Source: Pseudomonadota bacterium | GTDB lineage: Bacteria; Desulfobacterota; Desulfovibrionia; Desulfovibrionales; Desulfovibrionaceae | Reading direction: 5' to 3' | Length of the DNA stretch: 64,000 nucleotides | Assembly (NCBI GenBank): GCA_023438245.1 | Contig: JAEXRD010000149.1 | Coordinates: 4,771 to 68,770 of the forward strand | Shown here: piece after piece, positions 1-10,733 of the stretch | Layout: every line of letters begins with the position of its first letter | How positions within the stretch are numbered: the first letter of the stretch is position 1 | The notes under the pieces: generated by a model | What the model saw: only the letters and a program-made list of their open reading frames with translations | The model's database searches: none | What the model was told of the DNA's origin: nothing | Translations under genes and position numbers: made by a program

Positions 1-414
1 TACAACCTCATCCCGGTCTTGAGCGCCCTTGAGAACGTGGAGCTGCCGCTGCTGCTCACGCCGCTTTCGCGCCGCCAGCGCCGGGAGCACGCCCGGGCGG
101 CGCTGGCCCTGGTGGGCCTGGCCGACCGCATGGACCACAAGCCCAGCGAGCTCTCCGGCGGGCAGCAGCAGCGCACGGCCATCGCCCGGGCCATCGTCAC
201 GGACCCGGACATCCTGGTGGCCGACGAGCCCACCGGCGACCTGGACCGCGCCTCGGCCGGGGAGATCCTGGACCTCATGTGCGGCCTGAACCAAAGCCTG
301 GGCAAGACCATCGTCATGGTCACCCACGACCCCAGGGCCGCGGAGCGCGCGCACCTTGTGCGCAGCCTGGAGAAGGGCGAGCTCACCGATGCTGACCCCC
401 ATCTTCATCCTTAA
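1..414 (+). CDS. ABC transporter ATP-binding protein (LolD/MacB-like), 5'-truncated by window edge
   Basis: Frame open from base 1 ([16 protein letters not shown]); signature LSGGQQQR, Walker [14 protein letters not shown]-loop VTHD. Confidence 0.93.
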   Translation, partial: YNLIPVLSALENVELPLLLTPLSRRQRREHARAALALVGLADRMDHKPSELSGGQQQRTAIARAIVTDPDILVADEPTGDLDRASAGEILDLMCGLNQSLGKTIVMVTHDPRAAERAHLVRSLEKGELTDADPHLHP

Positions 415-1546
415 GAACCTGGCGCGGCACAAGCTGCGCAACGCCCTCACCATCGTGGGCATCGCCATGAGCGTGCTCTCCTTCGGCCTTTTGCGCACCA
501 CGGTGGACGCCTGGTACGCCGGGGTGGAGGCCTCTTCGGCGACGCGGCTCATCACCCGCAATTCCATCTCGCTCATCTCTCCCCTGCCGCAAAGCTACGA
601 GGAGCGCATCCGGGGGGTGGAGGGCGTCACCCTGGTGTGCAAGGGCAACTGGTTCGGGGGGGTGTACCTCGACGAAAAGAATTTCTTCCCCAACTTCGCC
701 GTGGACGCCCGCACCTATTTCGCGCTCTACCCGGAGTTCCTGCTGCCGGAAGACCAGCGCGACGCCTTCCTGCGCGACCGCAAGGGCTGTGTCATCGGCC
801 GGAAGCTGGCGGAGCGTTTCGGCTGGAAGCTGGGCGATCCCGTGACCCTCAAGGGGGTCATTTTCCCCGGCGACTGGGGGTTCACCGTGCGGGGCATCTA
901 TGCCGGGCGCGACAAGGGCGTCGACGAGACGCAGATGCTGTTCCACTGGGACTACCTGAACGAGACGCTGCGCAAGACCGACCCCTCCCGGGCGGGCCAG
1001 GCCGGGTTCTTCATCGTCGGCATCCAGAAGGCGGAAAACGCCCCGGCCATCTCCAAGGCCATAGACGCCCGCTTCGCCAACTCCCTGGCGGAGACGCTGA
1101 CCGAAACGGAGAAGGCTTTCCAGATGGGCTTCGTGGCCATGAGCGAGGCCATCGTGTCTGCCATCCGAGTGGTTTCCTCCCTGGTCATCCTCATCATCAT
1201 GGCCGTGGCGGCCAACACCATGGCCATGAGCGCACGGGAGCGCATGAACGAGTTCGCCGCCCTCAAGGCCCTGGGCTTCGGCGGGGGGTACCTCTCCCTG
1301 CTCATCCTGGGCGAGTCCATGGCCATCGCCGGCATCGGCTGCGCCCTGGGAACCGGCCTCACCTTCCCCGTGGCCGCGGCCTTCGGCGATGCCGTCAGCC
1401 AGTATTTTCCGGTGTTTCAGGTCTCGCCCCGGACCGTGCTGCTGCAGGGGCTCTGCGCCCTGGTGGTGGGGCTGGCCGCGGGCATCGTGCCCGCGCTGAG
1501 GGCGCGCGGCATCGGCATCGCCGAGGGTCTCAGGAGGGTGGGCTGA
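389..1546 (+). CDS. ABC transporter permease (MacB/FtsX family)
   Basis: ATG 389 ([21 protein letters not shown]); N-terminal TM, periplasmic loop, [14 protein letters not shown] motif, three C-terminal TMs. Confidence 0.9.
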   Translation: MLTPIFILKNLARHKLRNALTIVGIAMSVLSFGLLRTTVDAWYAGVEASSATRLITRNSISLISPLPQSYEERIRGVEGVTLVCKGNWFGGVYLDEKNFFPNFAVDARTYFALYPEFLLPEDQRDAFLRDRKGCVIGRKLAERFGWKLGDPVTLKGVIFPGDWGFTVRGIYAGRDKGVDETQMLFHWDYLNETLRKTDPSRAGQAGFFIVGIQKAENAPAISKAIDARFANSLAETLTETEKAFQMGFVAMSEAIVSAIRVVSSLVILIIMAVAANTMAMSARERMNEFAALKALGFGGGYLSLLILGESMAIAGIGCALGTGLTFPVAAAFGDAVSQYFPVFQVSPRTVLLQGLCALVVGLAAGIVPALRARGIGIAEGLRRVG

Positions 1547-2715
1547 TGGCCTTGCTCTTGTCCTACAGCTGGCGAAACCTGCTGGCCCGGCGGCTCACCA
1601 CGGCGCTCACCGCCGGGGGCATGGCCCTGGTGGTCTTCGTCTTCGCCGCGGTGCTGATGCTGGCGGAGGGCCTGCGCGCCACCCTGGTCCAGACAGGCTC
1701 CGCGGACAATGTCCTTGTGTTCCGCAAGGGTTCCAAGAGCGAAATCGAAAGCCAGCTGGAGCGCACCACGGCGCCCCTGGTCGAGACCAGGGCCGAGATC
1801 GCGCGCGATGCCGACGGGACGCCCTTGGCCGTGAAAGAGCTGGTTGTGCTCATGAGCCTGACCAAGCGCGGCACGGACAAGGCGTCCAATGTGGTCCTGC
1901 GCGGAATCGGCGACAAGTCCATGGCCCTGCGGCCCCAGGTCCGGCTCGTCAGCGGGCGGATGCCGCGCCCGGGCTCCACGGAGATCCTCTCCGGCGAGGG
2001 CGTGGCCCGCCGGTTCGAGGGCGCTGGCCTGGGCGAGAAGCTGCGGTTCGGCATGCGCGAATGGACGGTGGTCGGCGTTTTTGACGCCGGGGCCACGGGC
2101 TTCAACTCCGAGATCTGGGGCGATGCGGACCAGTTCATGCGCTCCTTCCGCCGCGACGCCTACACCCTGGTGCTTGCGAAGCTGAACCGCGGCGCGGAGG
2201 ATATGCCCGCCTTCCGGGCGGGCATCGAGGCCGACCCGCGGTTGAAGCTGGAGGCCAAGGAGGAGACGCGGTTCTACGCCGAGCAGTCGGAGATGATGGC
2301 CAATTTCCTGCGCATCATGGGCGTGTCGCTCACGGCCATCTTTTCCATCGGCGCCATGATCGGGGCCATGATCACCATGCATTCCGCCGTGGCCGGTCGC
2401 ACCGGCGAGATCGGCACCCTGCGCGCCCTGGGCTTCCGGCGGCGGTCCATCCTGCTGGCCTTCGTGGCCGAGGCGCTGCTGCTGGGCCTGCTGGGCGGCG
2501 GGGCGGGGCTCGTGGCCGCCTCGGGCCTGCAGCTGTTCACCATCTCCACCATGAACTTCCAGACCTTCTCCGAGCTGGCCTTCGGCTTCAGCCTCACGCC
2601 GGGCATCGTGGCCCTGTCCCTGGGCTTCGGCATGGGCATGGGCCTCTTGGGCGGGCTCATCCCGGCGGTGCGCGCCTCGCGCGTCAAGATCGTGGACGCC
2701 CTGCGCGCAGTCTAG
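1546..2715 (+). CDS. ABC transporter permease (MacB/FtsX family), second paralog
   Basis: TGATG stop/start overlap at 1544-1548; RTGEIGTLRALGF motif; the 637 start in the ORF track is an upstream artefact. Confidence 0.9.
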   Translation: MALLLSYSWRNLLARRLTTALTAGGMALVVFVFAAVLMLAEGLRATLVQTGSADNVLVFRKGSKSEIESQLERTTAPLVETRAEIARDADGTPLAVKELVVLMSLTKRGTDKASNVVLRGIGDKSMALRPQVRLVSGRMPRPGSTEILSGEGVARRFEGAGLGEKLRFGMREWTVVGVFDAGATGFNSEIWGDADQFMRSFRRDAYTLVLAKLNRGAEDMPAFRAGIEADPRLKLEAKEETRFYAEQSEMMANFLRIMGVSLTAIFSIGAMIGAMITMHSAVAGRTGEIGTLRALGFRRRSILLAFVAEALLLGLLGGGAGLVAASGLQLFTISTMNFQTFSELAFGFSLTPGIVALSLGFGMGMGLLGGLIPAVRASRVKIVDALRAV

Positions 2716-2722
2716 GGCCGCG

Positions 2723-5700
2723 CTACCTCAGCGAGAAGTCCACGCGCCCGCCCGGGGCCTTGGGCGCGTCCTTCTCCAGCCCCTTGGGCTGGTCGGAGTC
2801 CACCCTGGGGGCCAGCAGGAACACGCGCGCCTGGTCCACGCCGCCCTTTTCCACCAGCCAGGCCTGGGTCGCTATGGCGCGGTCCTGGGCCAGGCGCTGC
2901 ACGTCGTCCGGCCCCAGGTTCCAGTTGGCCAGCAGCAGGGTCTCCATCTGGTCCGGGGGCAGGGTCTTGGCGATGCCGATGAGGTTGCGCGGCTTCTTGA
3001 AGTCTCCGGCCTTGTACACGCGCTCCAGGTAGCGGGGGTATTCCTCGGCGCTCACCACCACCTGGTCGGTGCGTCCGGCGGCCTTGCCCTGCCGGGCCAT
3101 GTCCGTGGCCTTCAGGACCTTGATGCGGCGGTCCAGGGCGGCCTTCTTCAGGCCCTCCATCTCCGTGGCCGGGTCGGCGTGGCCCGCGATCTCCAGCTTG
3201 AGCGCGGGGCGATCGCGCAGGGCCTTGGCGATGGTCTCCAGCTTCTTCGCCTGTTCCTCGCCGATCTCGGAGCGGCCCTCGGCAAAGGGCAGGTAGGAGA
3301 GCTCCTCGCCCCCGCCGCTGAACAGCGAGGCGATGAGCGAGAAGGGCGAGGTGGCGGCCTTGACGATGATGTTCAGGATGACCTTGACGATGATGCCGCC
3401 CACGCTGAACTGCGGGTCGTCCAGCGAGCCTTCGATGGGCAGGTTGATGTCGATTTCCCCGCGCGAGTTGGACAGAAGCGCCACCAGCAGGTTCACCGGC
3501 ACGTTCATGGCGTCGGGGTGGTCCACCTTCTTGCCGAAGGTCAGCTGGTCGAGGAAGATCTTGTTCTCGGCCTTGAGCTTGCCGTTCTCCACGTTGTAGC
3601 GCACGTCCACGGAGAGCTTGCCCTTCTCGATGGCGTAGCCCACGTAGCGGCCCGAATAGGGGCTGAAGCCGGACATCTCGATGCCCGTGGCCTTGGCCTT
3701 GATGTCCAGGCTCATGGGCTTGCCCAGCGGGTCCATGGCGCCGCTGATGTCCAGCGGGCCGGTGCGGTCCACCTTGCCGCGCAGGGCCACCTCGGTGCGC
3801 GTGCCCGCCTTGACGGCCCCGATGCGGCCGGAGAGGTCGGTGAGGTTGGCCGTGTAGTTGGGCTTGATGAAGCGGTCGGTGAAGATGATGTTGCCGCCGG
3901 AGAGGTTCACCCGTCCGATGCGGATCTGCGGGGCCGGGCCCGGCTTTTCGGCCTTTTCCGGCTGCGGTGCGGCGGCCTGGGCCTTGGCTTCCGGCTTGGG
4001 TTCAGGCTTGGCCTCGGCCTTGGCCTGCTTTTCGGCGGCGGCCCCGGTAGCGGAGGCGTCCTTGCCCTTCTGGCCCGCGTCCTTGTTCATTACGTCCTGG
4101 AGGTTCAGGTGGCCCTCCGGGGTGAGCAGCAGGCGCGCGTAGAAGCTGGCCAGGGTGATGTCGTCCACGGAGAGCCGGAGCGGCGCGCTTCCGGCGTCCA
4201 GCCCGGTGAGGCGCAGGCTGCGCCAGCGCAGCAGGTCGGCGGCGTTGACCTTGTCCAGCACGGAGAGGTCGATGAGCGCCAGGTCGCCCTTGTAGGCGGC
4301 GTCCTCGCCCGCCAGCTTGAGCTTGCCCTTGGCCGAGACCTCGCCCTTGGTGAGCACGGCGTTCAGCCCGCCGGTGACGAAGCTTTGCAGGGCCACCAGG
4401 TCCACGCCGGCGAGGTCCACGTCCATGTCCGCGGACAGGGGCGCGAGGGCGAAGCCGCCCTTGAGGGCCATGCGGCCCCGGTCGTTGACCTTGGCGGAGA
4501 AATCGAGAGTCGAGGGCTTTGCGGCGGCGGAGGACAGGGGCGCCACGGCCACGGCCAGCTCGCGCACGGAGAGCGGGCGGGCCTTCTTGCCCAGGCCCTC
4601 GTCGGCAAAGGTCAGGGAGCCGCCCTCGACGGCCACGCGGCCCACGTTCCAGGCCCAGCCCGGCTCCTTGGGAGCGGGGGCGGGCGCGGCCTTGGCCGGG
4701 GCCTTCTTGCCGGGCTTCTTGTCGGCCACGGCGTCGGGCTTGGCTGCGGGCATGTTTTCGGGCTTGGCTGGCGGCTTCTGGGCGGCGGCCTTGGCCGGGG
4801 CGAAGTCGTCCGCCAGCGCCAGGACGTCGATGTCGCCGCTGGCCAGCCTGCGCACGCTGGCCGAGGGATTCTTCAGCAGCACGGACTCCACGCTGGCCTG
4901 CTTCTTGGCTGTGTCGGCCTGGATGCCCTTCACCTCCAGCCCGGCCAGGGCGATGGCGGGGGCCGCGCCCCCGTCCGCCTTGCGGGCCACGGCCAGTTCG
5001 GCCAGGGACAGCCCGGCGCGCACGGCTCCGGAGAGCGTGGCCTCGTCCAGGGCCAGGTCCAGCCGGGCGAGCTTCACGCTGGTGCCGCCCCTGCGCGAGG
5101 CCAGGGCCAGGTTCTTCAGCCCCAGCTTGCCGGAGAGCTTGACCTGGGCGTCCTTGTCCTTGGCCTTGGCGAAGCTCAGGGCCAGGTCCACGTCCAGCAG
5201 CGCGGAGTTGAGCGTGGCGGGCAGGTCCGGGGGCAGGTAGGCCGCCAGCCGCGTCAGGTCCAGGTCGTCCAGCTTGAGGGTCAGCGCGGCGTCCTGGCCG
5301 GGGCCGAAGGGCCGCGCCGTGCCGGAGAGCTCCAGCGCCGCGCCGTCCACCTTGGCCGAGAACTTCGGCTCCACGGTGCTGTCCACGCCGCCGCGCGTGT
5401 TGGTCAGGAAGGGCACGGCCAGCGCGATGTCCGTCACCTCGTGGCGGGAGTTGTCCTTGCGGTCCTCGAACGTCACCGCACCGCCCTCGATGGTGATGTC
5501 GGCCACGGAGAACTGGAGTGGGGCCTCGGGCTTGGCCTTGGGGTTGACCGGGGGCGGGGCCGGGGCGGTCCACTTGTCGAGGAGGTCGGAGAAGTTGAAG
5601 CGTCCGTCCTGCTGGCGCACCACGGCCACCTTGGGGCCGACCAGGCGCACCTGGCTGACCACCGGGAACCCGCGCGCGAAGGTCAGCGAGGAGAGATTCA

Positions 5701-6037
5701 CCTGCAGGCTGTCGAAGGCCAGGAGCTGGCCTTCGCCCTCCTTCTGCCCGCCCTCCTTCTGCCCGATGGAAAAGCCCTTCACCGTCACCTCCAGGGTGTA
5801 GGGCGAGACCTCCACCGCCTGCACGCGCACGGGCCGGGCGAACTCCTCGCTGAGCAGGGCCTCCAGCTTGCCCTTGGCGAAGCCCGGCAGCCAGAAGTAT
5901 CCGGCGATGCCGAAGCAGGCGAAGAGCAGGACGAAGGTGGCCAGGGCGTAGCGGATGCTGCGCGGGCCGAAGAAGGCCTTGGCGTATTCCCTGGCGGTGA
6001 AGGAGGGCTTCTGCGAAGAGTCGGGCGCGGTGCTCAT
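2723..6037 (-). CDS. DUF748 (AsmA-like) envelope protein with C-terminal OmpA-like domain
   Basis: N-terminal TM anchor, repeated beta-rich units (GRFNFSDLL, FSPYSGRYVGYAIEKGKLS, IDINLPIEGSLDDPQFS); C-terminal F.EG.S..LEIAGHAD..R..RVDF. Confidence 0.85.
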   Translation of the reverse strand: MSTAPDSSQKPSFTAREYAKAFFGPRSIRYALATFVLLFACFGIAGYFWLPGFAKGKLEALLSEEFARPVRVQAVEVSPYTLEVTVKGFSIGQKEGGQKEGEGQLLAFDSLQVNLSSLTFARGFPVVSQVRLVGPKVAVVRQQDGRFNFSDLLDKWTAPAPPPVNPKAKPEAPLQFSVADITIEGGAVTFEDRKDNSRHEVTDIALAVPFLTNTRGGVDSTVEPKFSAKVDGAALELSGTARPFGPGQDAALTLKLDDLDLTRLAAYLPPDLPATLNSALLDVDLALSFAKAKDKDAQVKLSGKLGLKNLALASRRGGTSVKLARLDLALDEATLSGAVRAGLSLAELAVARKADGGAAPAIALAGLEVKGIQADTAKKQASVESVLLKNPSASVRRLASGDIDVLALADDFAPAKAAAQKPPAKPENMPAAKPDAVADKKPGKKAPAKAAPAPAPKEPGWAWNVGRVAVEGGSLTFADEGLGKKARPLSVRELAVAVAPLSSAAAKPSTLDFSAKVNDRGRMALKGGFALAPLSADMDVDLAGVDLVALQSFVTGGLNAVLTKGEVSAKGKLKLAGEDAAYKGDLALIDLSVLDKVNAADLLRWRSLRLTGLDAGSAPLRLSVDDITLASFYARLLLTPEGHLNLQDVMNKDAGQKGKDASATGAAAEKQAKAEAKPEPKPEAKAQAAAPQPEKAEKPGPAPQIRIGRVNLSGGNIIFTDRFIKPNYTANLTDLSGRIGAVKAGTRTEVALRGKVDRTGPLDISGAMDPLGKPMSLDIKAKATGIEMSGFSPYSGRYVGYAIEKGKLSVDVRYNVENGKLKAENKIFLDQLTFGKKVDHPDAMNVPVNLLVALLSNSRGEIDINLPIEGSLDDPQFSVGGIIVKVILNIIVKAATSPFSLIASLFSGGGEELSYLPFAEGRSEIGEEQAKKLETIAKALRDRPALKLEIAGHADPATEMEGLKKAALDRRIKVLKATDMARQGKAAGRTDQVVVSAEEYPRYLERVYKAGDFKKPRNLIGIAKTLPPDQMETLLLANWNLGPDDVQRLAQDRAIATQAWLVEKGGVDQARVFLLAPRVDSDQPKGLEKDAPKAPGGRVDFSLR

Positions 6038-6131
6038 GGGGGCCTCTCAAGGGCTTCTGGAGGACATACGATCTTACGTATTGTTGGGCCACGCTGCGGG
6101 AAAAGTCAAGAAAACGCGGGCGGGAGAACGC

Positions 6132-6158
6132 AAAAAGCCCCGGCGGGGCCGGGGCTTT
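6132..6158 (-). terminator. Intrinsic terminator downstream of FlxA-like gene
   Basis: AAAGCCCCGG/CCGGGGCTTT hairpin with a T5 tail on the minus strand. Confidence 0.75.
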
Positions 6159-6181
6159 ACGGTGGTGCGGGCGGTGGCGGG

Positions 6182-7027
6182 CTAGGCCGATTCCTGGGCT
6201 TGCAGCTTCTCGTACTGGAGCGTGGCCAGCTCGGAGTTCAGGTTGTTCAGCTGCACCTCAAGGGTCTTGGCCTGGTCGGCCTTGGAGTCGTCCGCCTCGG
6301 CGGCCTGCTCGGCCTGCTGCAGCTTCTGCTGCACCTTGGCGATCTCCTGCTTCTTGTCGTCGATTTCCTCCTGGATCTCGTCGGCGCTCTTGGAACTGCT
6401 GGAACTGCCGGACGAACCCGCGCCCTGCGTGGTGGTCATGGCCGCGCCGCCGGAGCTTTTCGAGCTGGTCGAGCTGGTCGAGCTGGTCGAGGTTGCCGAC
6501 GCGGAGTCGCCGGAGTCGTCGTCCTCGCCCGTGCCTCCGGCCGAGGTGTCGGCCGAGCCGTCGCCCGTGCCGGGCGAGCTTTCGGCCGCGGCCAGGGCCT
6601 TGCCCTCCTCGGAGATGCTGACCTCGACCCCGCCGGAGGCGTCCGTGCCGGACCCCGCCGCCGTGGCCAGGGCGTTGTTCAGGCCCTTGAACGCGGACAT
6701 GTCGCCGCTGGCGGCGGCCTGGGCGAAGGTTGCGGAGAGCTCGGCCAGGGCGTTCTTGCGGCTGGCGTCCGTGCTTGAGCCCGCCTCCGAGTTCAGGGAA
6801 TCGGAAATGCTCCGGGCCACCAGCTTGAAGGCGTCGGGATCGGTCTGCGAGAGCTGCTGGAGCTGGCTCATCATCTGGCCGATCTCGGAGAGCTGGGTCT
6901 GATCGGTGTCCTGGCCCGTGCCCGCTGCGGCGGACGTGGACGCGCTTTTGGTGGCGGACGCGCCGGAAAGGGCCTGGGAGGAGAGCAGGGTGTTCAGCTG
7001 CGTGGCGGTCGAGGCGATGGTCGTCAT
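6182..7027 (-). CDS. Ser/Thr/Ala-rich hypothetical protein with C-terminal coiled coil (FlxA-like)
   Basis: ATG 7027 with AGGAG RBS; low-complexity linker; C-terminal helix IQEEIDDKKQEIAKVQQKLQ...LNSELATLQ. Confidence 0.65.
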   Translation of the reverse strand: MTTIASTATQLNTLLSSQALSGASATKSASTSAAAGTGQDTDQTQLSEIGQMMSQLQQLSQTDPDAFKLVARSISDSLNSEAGSSTDASRKNALAELSATFAQAAASGDMSAFKGLNNALATAAGSGTDASGGVEVSISEEGKALAAAESSPGTGDGSADTSAGGTGEDDDSGDSASATSTSSTSSTSSKSSGGAAMTTTQGAGSSGSSSSSKSADEIQEEIDDKKQEIAKVQQKLQQAEQAAEADDSKADQAKTLEVQLNNLNSELATLQYEKLQAQESA

Positions 7028-7117
7028 GGCGGCTCCTGTGGGGTTGCGCTCGTGGCGGTTGCGGACAATCCCTGAGAGCAAGACGCGGCGCGGCGCGGAG
7101 AGTTACGCGGGCCAATG

Positions 7118-7148
7118 AAAAAGGCCGGGAGCGTGCGCCCCCGGCCTT
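7118..7148 (-). terminator. Intrinsic terminator of putA
   Basis: AAGGCCGGG..CCCGGCCTT stem with T5 tail on the minus strand. Confidence 0.7.
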
Positions 7149-7177
7149 GGTCTTGCCATGAAGCCCCGAAGGGGGGG

Positions 7178-10100
7178 CTAGGCGATCCAGTCGTCGTCGG
7201 CCTCCACAGGGGCGAAGCCGCGGCGCATGGTGTTCTCGCTCACCAGGCGGGGGTCCATGAACTGCAGCAGGTAGTCCGGGCCGCCGCTCTTGGAGCCCAC
7301 GCCGGACATGTTGAACCCGCCGAAGGCGTGGCGTTCCACCATGGCGCCCACGCTGCCCTTGTTCAGGTACAGGTTGCCCACGCGGAACTCGCGGCGGGCG
7401 CGCTCCAGGTGCTTGGGGCTGCGGGAGTACACCGCGCCGGTGAGGGCGAAGCGGGTGGAATTGGCGATGTCCAGGGCCTCGTCGAAGGTGTTGGCCTTCA
7501 TGACGGCCAGCACGGGCCCGAAGACCTCTTCCTGGGCGATGCGGTGGTTCTTGGTGATGCCCTCCACGATGGTGAGCGGGGCGTAGCAGCCGCCGTCGCC
7601 ACCATTGGCGGAAGGCACCTCGCGCTTCACCAGGACCTTGCCCTCGGAGCAGGCGATGTCCACGTACTTCATGACGTTGGCCTGGGCGGCCTTGTCCACC
7701 ACCGGGCCCATGTAGTTGGCCGGGTCCTCGGAGGGGCCGATCTTGATGCAGCGGGCGGCCTCGGCCAGGCGCTTGGTGAACTTCTCGTAGATGGAGTCGA
7801 GCACGATGACGCGCGAGCAGGCCGAGCACTTCTGGCCCTGGAAGCCGAAGGCTGAGTACAGCACGCCCAGCACGGCCTCGTCCAGGTCGGCGTCGTCGTC
7901 GATGATGATGGCGTTCTTGCCGCCCATCTCGGCGATGACCTTCTTGCACTGCACCTGTCCGGGCTGCACCTTGGCGGCCTTTTCCTGGATGCGCAGGCCC
8001 ACTTCCATGGAGCCGGTGAAGGCGATGACGGACACGTCCGGGTGCTCCACAAGTGCGTCGCCCATGACCGAGCCGCGGCCCGGCAGGTAGTTGAACACGC
8101 CGTCGGGCAGCCCGGCCTCCTTGAAGATCATGGCCAGGCCGTGGCCGATGACCGAGGACAGGCCCGAGGGCTTGTAGACCACGGAGTTGCCGCAGACGAT
8201 GGCCGCGGCGGCCATGCCCGCGCTGATGGCCAGCGGGAAGTTCCAGGGGCCGATGACGGCGGTGACGCCCTTGCCCTGGTAGAAGTACTGGTTCATCTCG
8301 CCGGGGGCGTTGCCCATGCGGCGCGGTCCGGCCAGGCGGATCATCTCGCGGCCGTAGTACTCCAGGAAGTCGATGGCCTCGCCGATGTCGGCATGGGCCT
8401 GGTCCCACTGCTTGCCGACCTCAAGCACCTGGAGGGCGGAGAGCTTGTGGATGTCGCGGCGCATGATGTCCGCGGCCTTGAACAGCACCTTGGCGCGCTC
8501 CAGGGGCTCCACGTCGCGCCAGGAGAGGTAGGCCTTCTTGGCCGCGGCCAGGGCGTCCTGGGTCTCCTTCAGCCCGGCCTGGCAGACCTTGCCGATGATC
8601 TCGGAGGGCTTGGCCGGGTTGTAGGAATCCAGGGTGTCGGCGGTCTGCACTTCCTTGCCGCCGATGACCAGCGGGTAGACCTTGCCGGCCTGGGCGCGCA
8701 CCTCGGCGATGGCCTTGACGAAGGCCGCGCGCTCCGCGGGCATGGTGAAGTCCACGCCGGGGAAGTTGGCGAAGGGGGGCAGGCCGCCGGGGCCGGGCTT
8801 GGGCTGGGCCGGGGCCTTCTTGGCCGCGATCTCGCGCTCGGCGGTGGTGACGGGGTTCTCCAGCAGGCGCTCCAGTTCCGCGCCCTCGGCGAAGCTCTGG
8901 CGCAGGAAGCTCTCGTTGGCGGTGTTCTCCAGCAGGCGGCGAACCAGGTAGGCCATGCCGGGGATGAGGTCGCCGTAGGGGCAGTACAGGCGCACGCGGC
9001 GGGCCACGTTGCGCAGGCCTTTGCGCACGGGCTCGGCCATGCCGTAGAGCACCTGGAACTCGTAGCGGCTCTCGGGCACGTTCAGGGCGCTGGCCATCTC
9101 CTGCACGGCGCTGATGGTGCGGATGTTGTGCGAGGCGCAGGCGAAGTGGCAGATGTCGCTGTTCTCCAGGATCATCTTGGCCACGCGCTCATAGGCGGAG
9201 TCGGTCTCGGCCTTCACGGTCCACACCGGGATCTCCCAGCCGTTCTGCTTGGCCACCACGGTCTCGGAGTCCCAGTAGGCGCCCTTCACCAGGCGGATGG
9301 AGATGGGCAGGTTCTCCTTGCGCGCCCAGCCGAGCAACTCGCTCACGTCGGCGTCGGTGCACTTCAGGTAGCACTGGAACACGATGCCCAGGTTGGGGTA
9401 GTCGCGGAATTCGGGGGCGGTGCGCAGGCGCTTGTACAGCTCGATGGTCATTTCCTTGTACTTGAGCTGCTCCATGTCGATGCACAGGAATCCGCCCATC
9501 TCCTTGACCTTGCGGTAGATGGGGGCCACGCGGTCGTAGATGCCCTGGATGGAGTCCTCCAGCGCCACGGGCTTGGCCTGGGAGTAGAAGGCCGAGGGCT
9601 TCACGGCCACGTTGACCTTGGGGGCGTGGCCCCAGTCGAGCTCGCCCTTGGCGTCGAGGGCGTCCCACTTCTTGTATTCGGACTGGATGGCGCCGAGCAC
9701 CTCCATGTAGCCCTGCATGTAGGCGTCGGATTCCTTCTCGTTCACCGTGGCCTCGCCCAGCAGGTCGATGACGAAGGCGAAGCCGTCCTTGCGCAGCTGG
9801 CGGATGCCCTTCACGGCCTCGCCGGCCTTCTCGCCGATGATGAACTGGCGGGCCATGCCCTCGATGTTGGAGCGGATGGCCTTGTTCAGCATCATGGCCA
9901 CCAGGCCGCCGCCGAAGCCGGTCTTGCCCGCGCCCCACTTGAGCACCTCGGGGATGTTGGCGTCCTTGTCGCCGAAGTACTCCTCGATGTGCCGGGACAG
10001 GCTCTCGCCCGTGTTCAGGTAGGGCAGCACGTCCACGAAGCGGAACATCTGGACCTTGAAGTCCTCGTTCTTCATGGCCCAGTCCATGACCTTGCCGGTC

Positions 10101-10207
10101 CACCAGCCCTTGTTGAAAATGGACGGGGCCTCGCCGGCGATGCTCTTGAAGAATTCCTTGCCCCGGTTGACGATCTTCGGGTCAAGGCTCTGCGTGTCGA
10201 TTCCCAT
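7178..10207 (-). CDS. putA: Bifunctional proline dehydrogenase / P5C dehydrogenase
   Basis: RLVKGAYWD, ASHN, YLVRRLLENTAN (PRODH); AFTGS, EMGGKN, FQGQKCSAC, EEVFGP (ALDH). Confidence 0.97.
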   Translation of the reverse strand: MGIDTQSLDPKIVNRGKEFFKSIAGEAPSIFNKGWWTGKVMDWAMKNEDFKVQMFRFVDVLPYLNTGESLSRHIEEYFGDKDANIPEVLKWGAGKTGFGGGLVAMMLNKAIRSNIEGMARQFIIGEKAGEAVKGIRQLRKDGFAFVIDLLGEATVNEKESDAYMQGYMEVLGAIQSEYKKWDALDAKGELDWGHAPKVNVAVKPSAFYSQAKPVALEDSIQGIYDRVAPIYRKVKEMGGFLCIDMEQLKYKEMTIELYKRLRTAPEFRDYPNLGIVFQCYLKCTDADVSELLGWARKENLPISIRLVKGAYWDSETVVAKQNGWEIPVWTVKAETDSAYERVAKMILENSDICHFACASHNIRTISAVQEMASALNVPESRYEFQVLYGMAEPVRKGLRNVARRVRLYCPYGDLIPGMAYLVRRLLENTANESFLRQSFAEGAELERLLENPVTTAEREIAAKKAPAQPKPGPGGLPPFANFPGVDFTMPAERAAFVKAIAEVRAQAGKVYPLVIGGKEVQTADTLDSYNPAKPSEIIGKVCQAGLKETQDALAAAKKAYLSWRDVEPLERAKVLFKAADIMRRDIHKLSALQVLEVGKQWDQAHADIGEAIDFLEYYGREMIRLAGPRRMGNAPGEMNQYFYQGKGVTAVIGPWNFPLAISAGMAAAAIVCGNSVVYKPSGLSSVIGHGLAMIFKEAGLPDGVFNYLPGRGSVMGDALVEHPDVSVIAFTGSMEVGLRIQEKAAKVQPGQVQCKKVIAEMGGKNAIIIDDDADLDEAVLGVLYSAFGFQGQKCSACSRVIVLDSIYEKFTKRLAEAARCIKIGPSEDPANYMGPVVDKAAQANVMKYVDIACSEGKVLVKREVPSANGGDGGCYAPLTIVEGITKNHRIAQEEVFGPVLAVMKANTFDEALDIANSTRFALTGAVYSRSPKHLERARREFRVGNLYLNKGSVGAMVERHAFGGFNMSGVGSKSGGPDYLLQFMDPRLVSENTMRRGFAPVEADDDWIA

Positions 10208-10213
10208 GCTGCT

Positions 10214-10702
10214 CTATTCCTCCGTGGTGTTGCTTTCGCCCTGCCTGTCCGCTCCGGGCAGGGGCAGGGTGCGGGATTCCTTGAGTGTGGTGAGGACGAC
10301 GGTGGTGCGGGTGTCGCGCACGCCGGGGATGGCCCCGAACTCCTGCAGGATGCCCTGCAAATGCTCGGTGTCCTTGGCGCGCACCTTGACCAGGTACGAG
10401 TCCTGGCCCGCGGTGTAGTGCACTTCGAGTACGCCGGCCACGCGGGCCAGCGCCTTGCCGATGTCGGTGGAGCCCACGCCCTCGTCGGCGCGCACGAAGG
10501 TGAAGGCGGTGAGGGTGAAGCCCACGTCCTTGGGGTTCAGCACGGCCTCGAAGCCCTTGATGATGCCCTTGCGCTCCAGCTTGCGCATGCGCTCCAGCAC
10601 GGCCGAGGGGGCCATGCCGACCTGCCGGGCGATCTCGGCGTTGGATGTGCGTCCGTTTCCCTGAAGGATGGCCAGTATGGTGAGGTCGATCTTGTCGATC
10701 AT
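10214..10702 (-). CDS. Lrp/AsnC family regulator (probable putA regulator)
   Basis: IDKIDLTILAILQGNGRTSNAEIARQVGM HTH and AsnC ligand domain; 6 bp upstream of putA. Confidence 0.92.
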   Translation of the reverse strand: MIDKIDLTILAILQGNGRTSNAEIARQVGMAPSAVLERMRKLERKGIIKGFEAVLNPKDVGFTLTAFTFVRADEGVGSTDIGKALARVAGVLEVHYTAGQDSYLVKVRAKDTEHLQGILQEFGAIPGVRDTRTTVVLTTLKESRTLPLPGADRQGESNTTEE

Positions 10703-10733
10703 TCGGATTACCCTCCGTTGAGAGAATAATCTT

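Noticed and set aside
3179..6778. Long antisense or alternate-frame ORFs (also 8042-10729, 31473-34316, 34332-36944, 57889-60261, 60274-62274)
   Set aside because: Shadow ORFs expected in high-GC DNA opposite recognisable genes; no motifs
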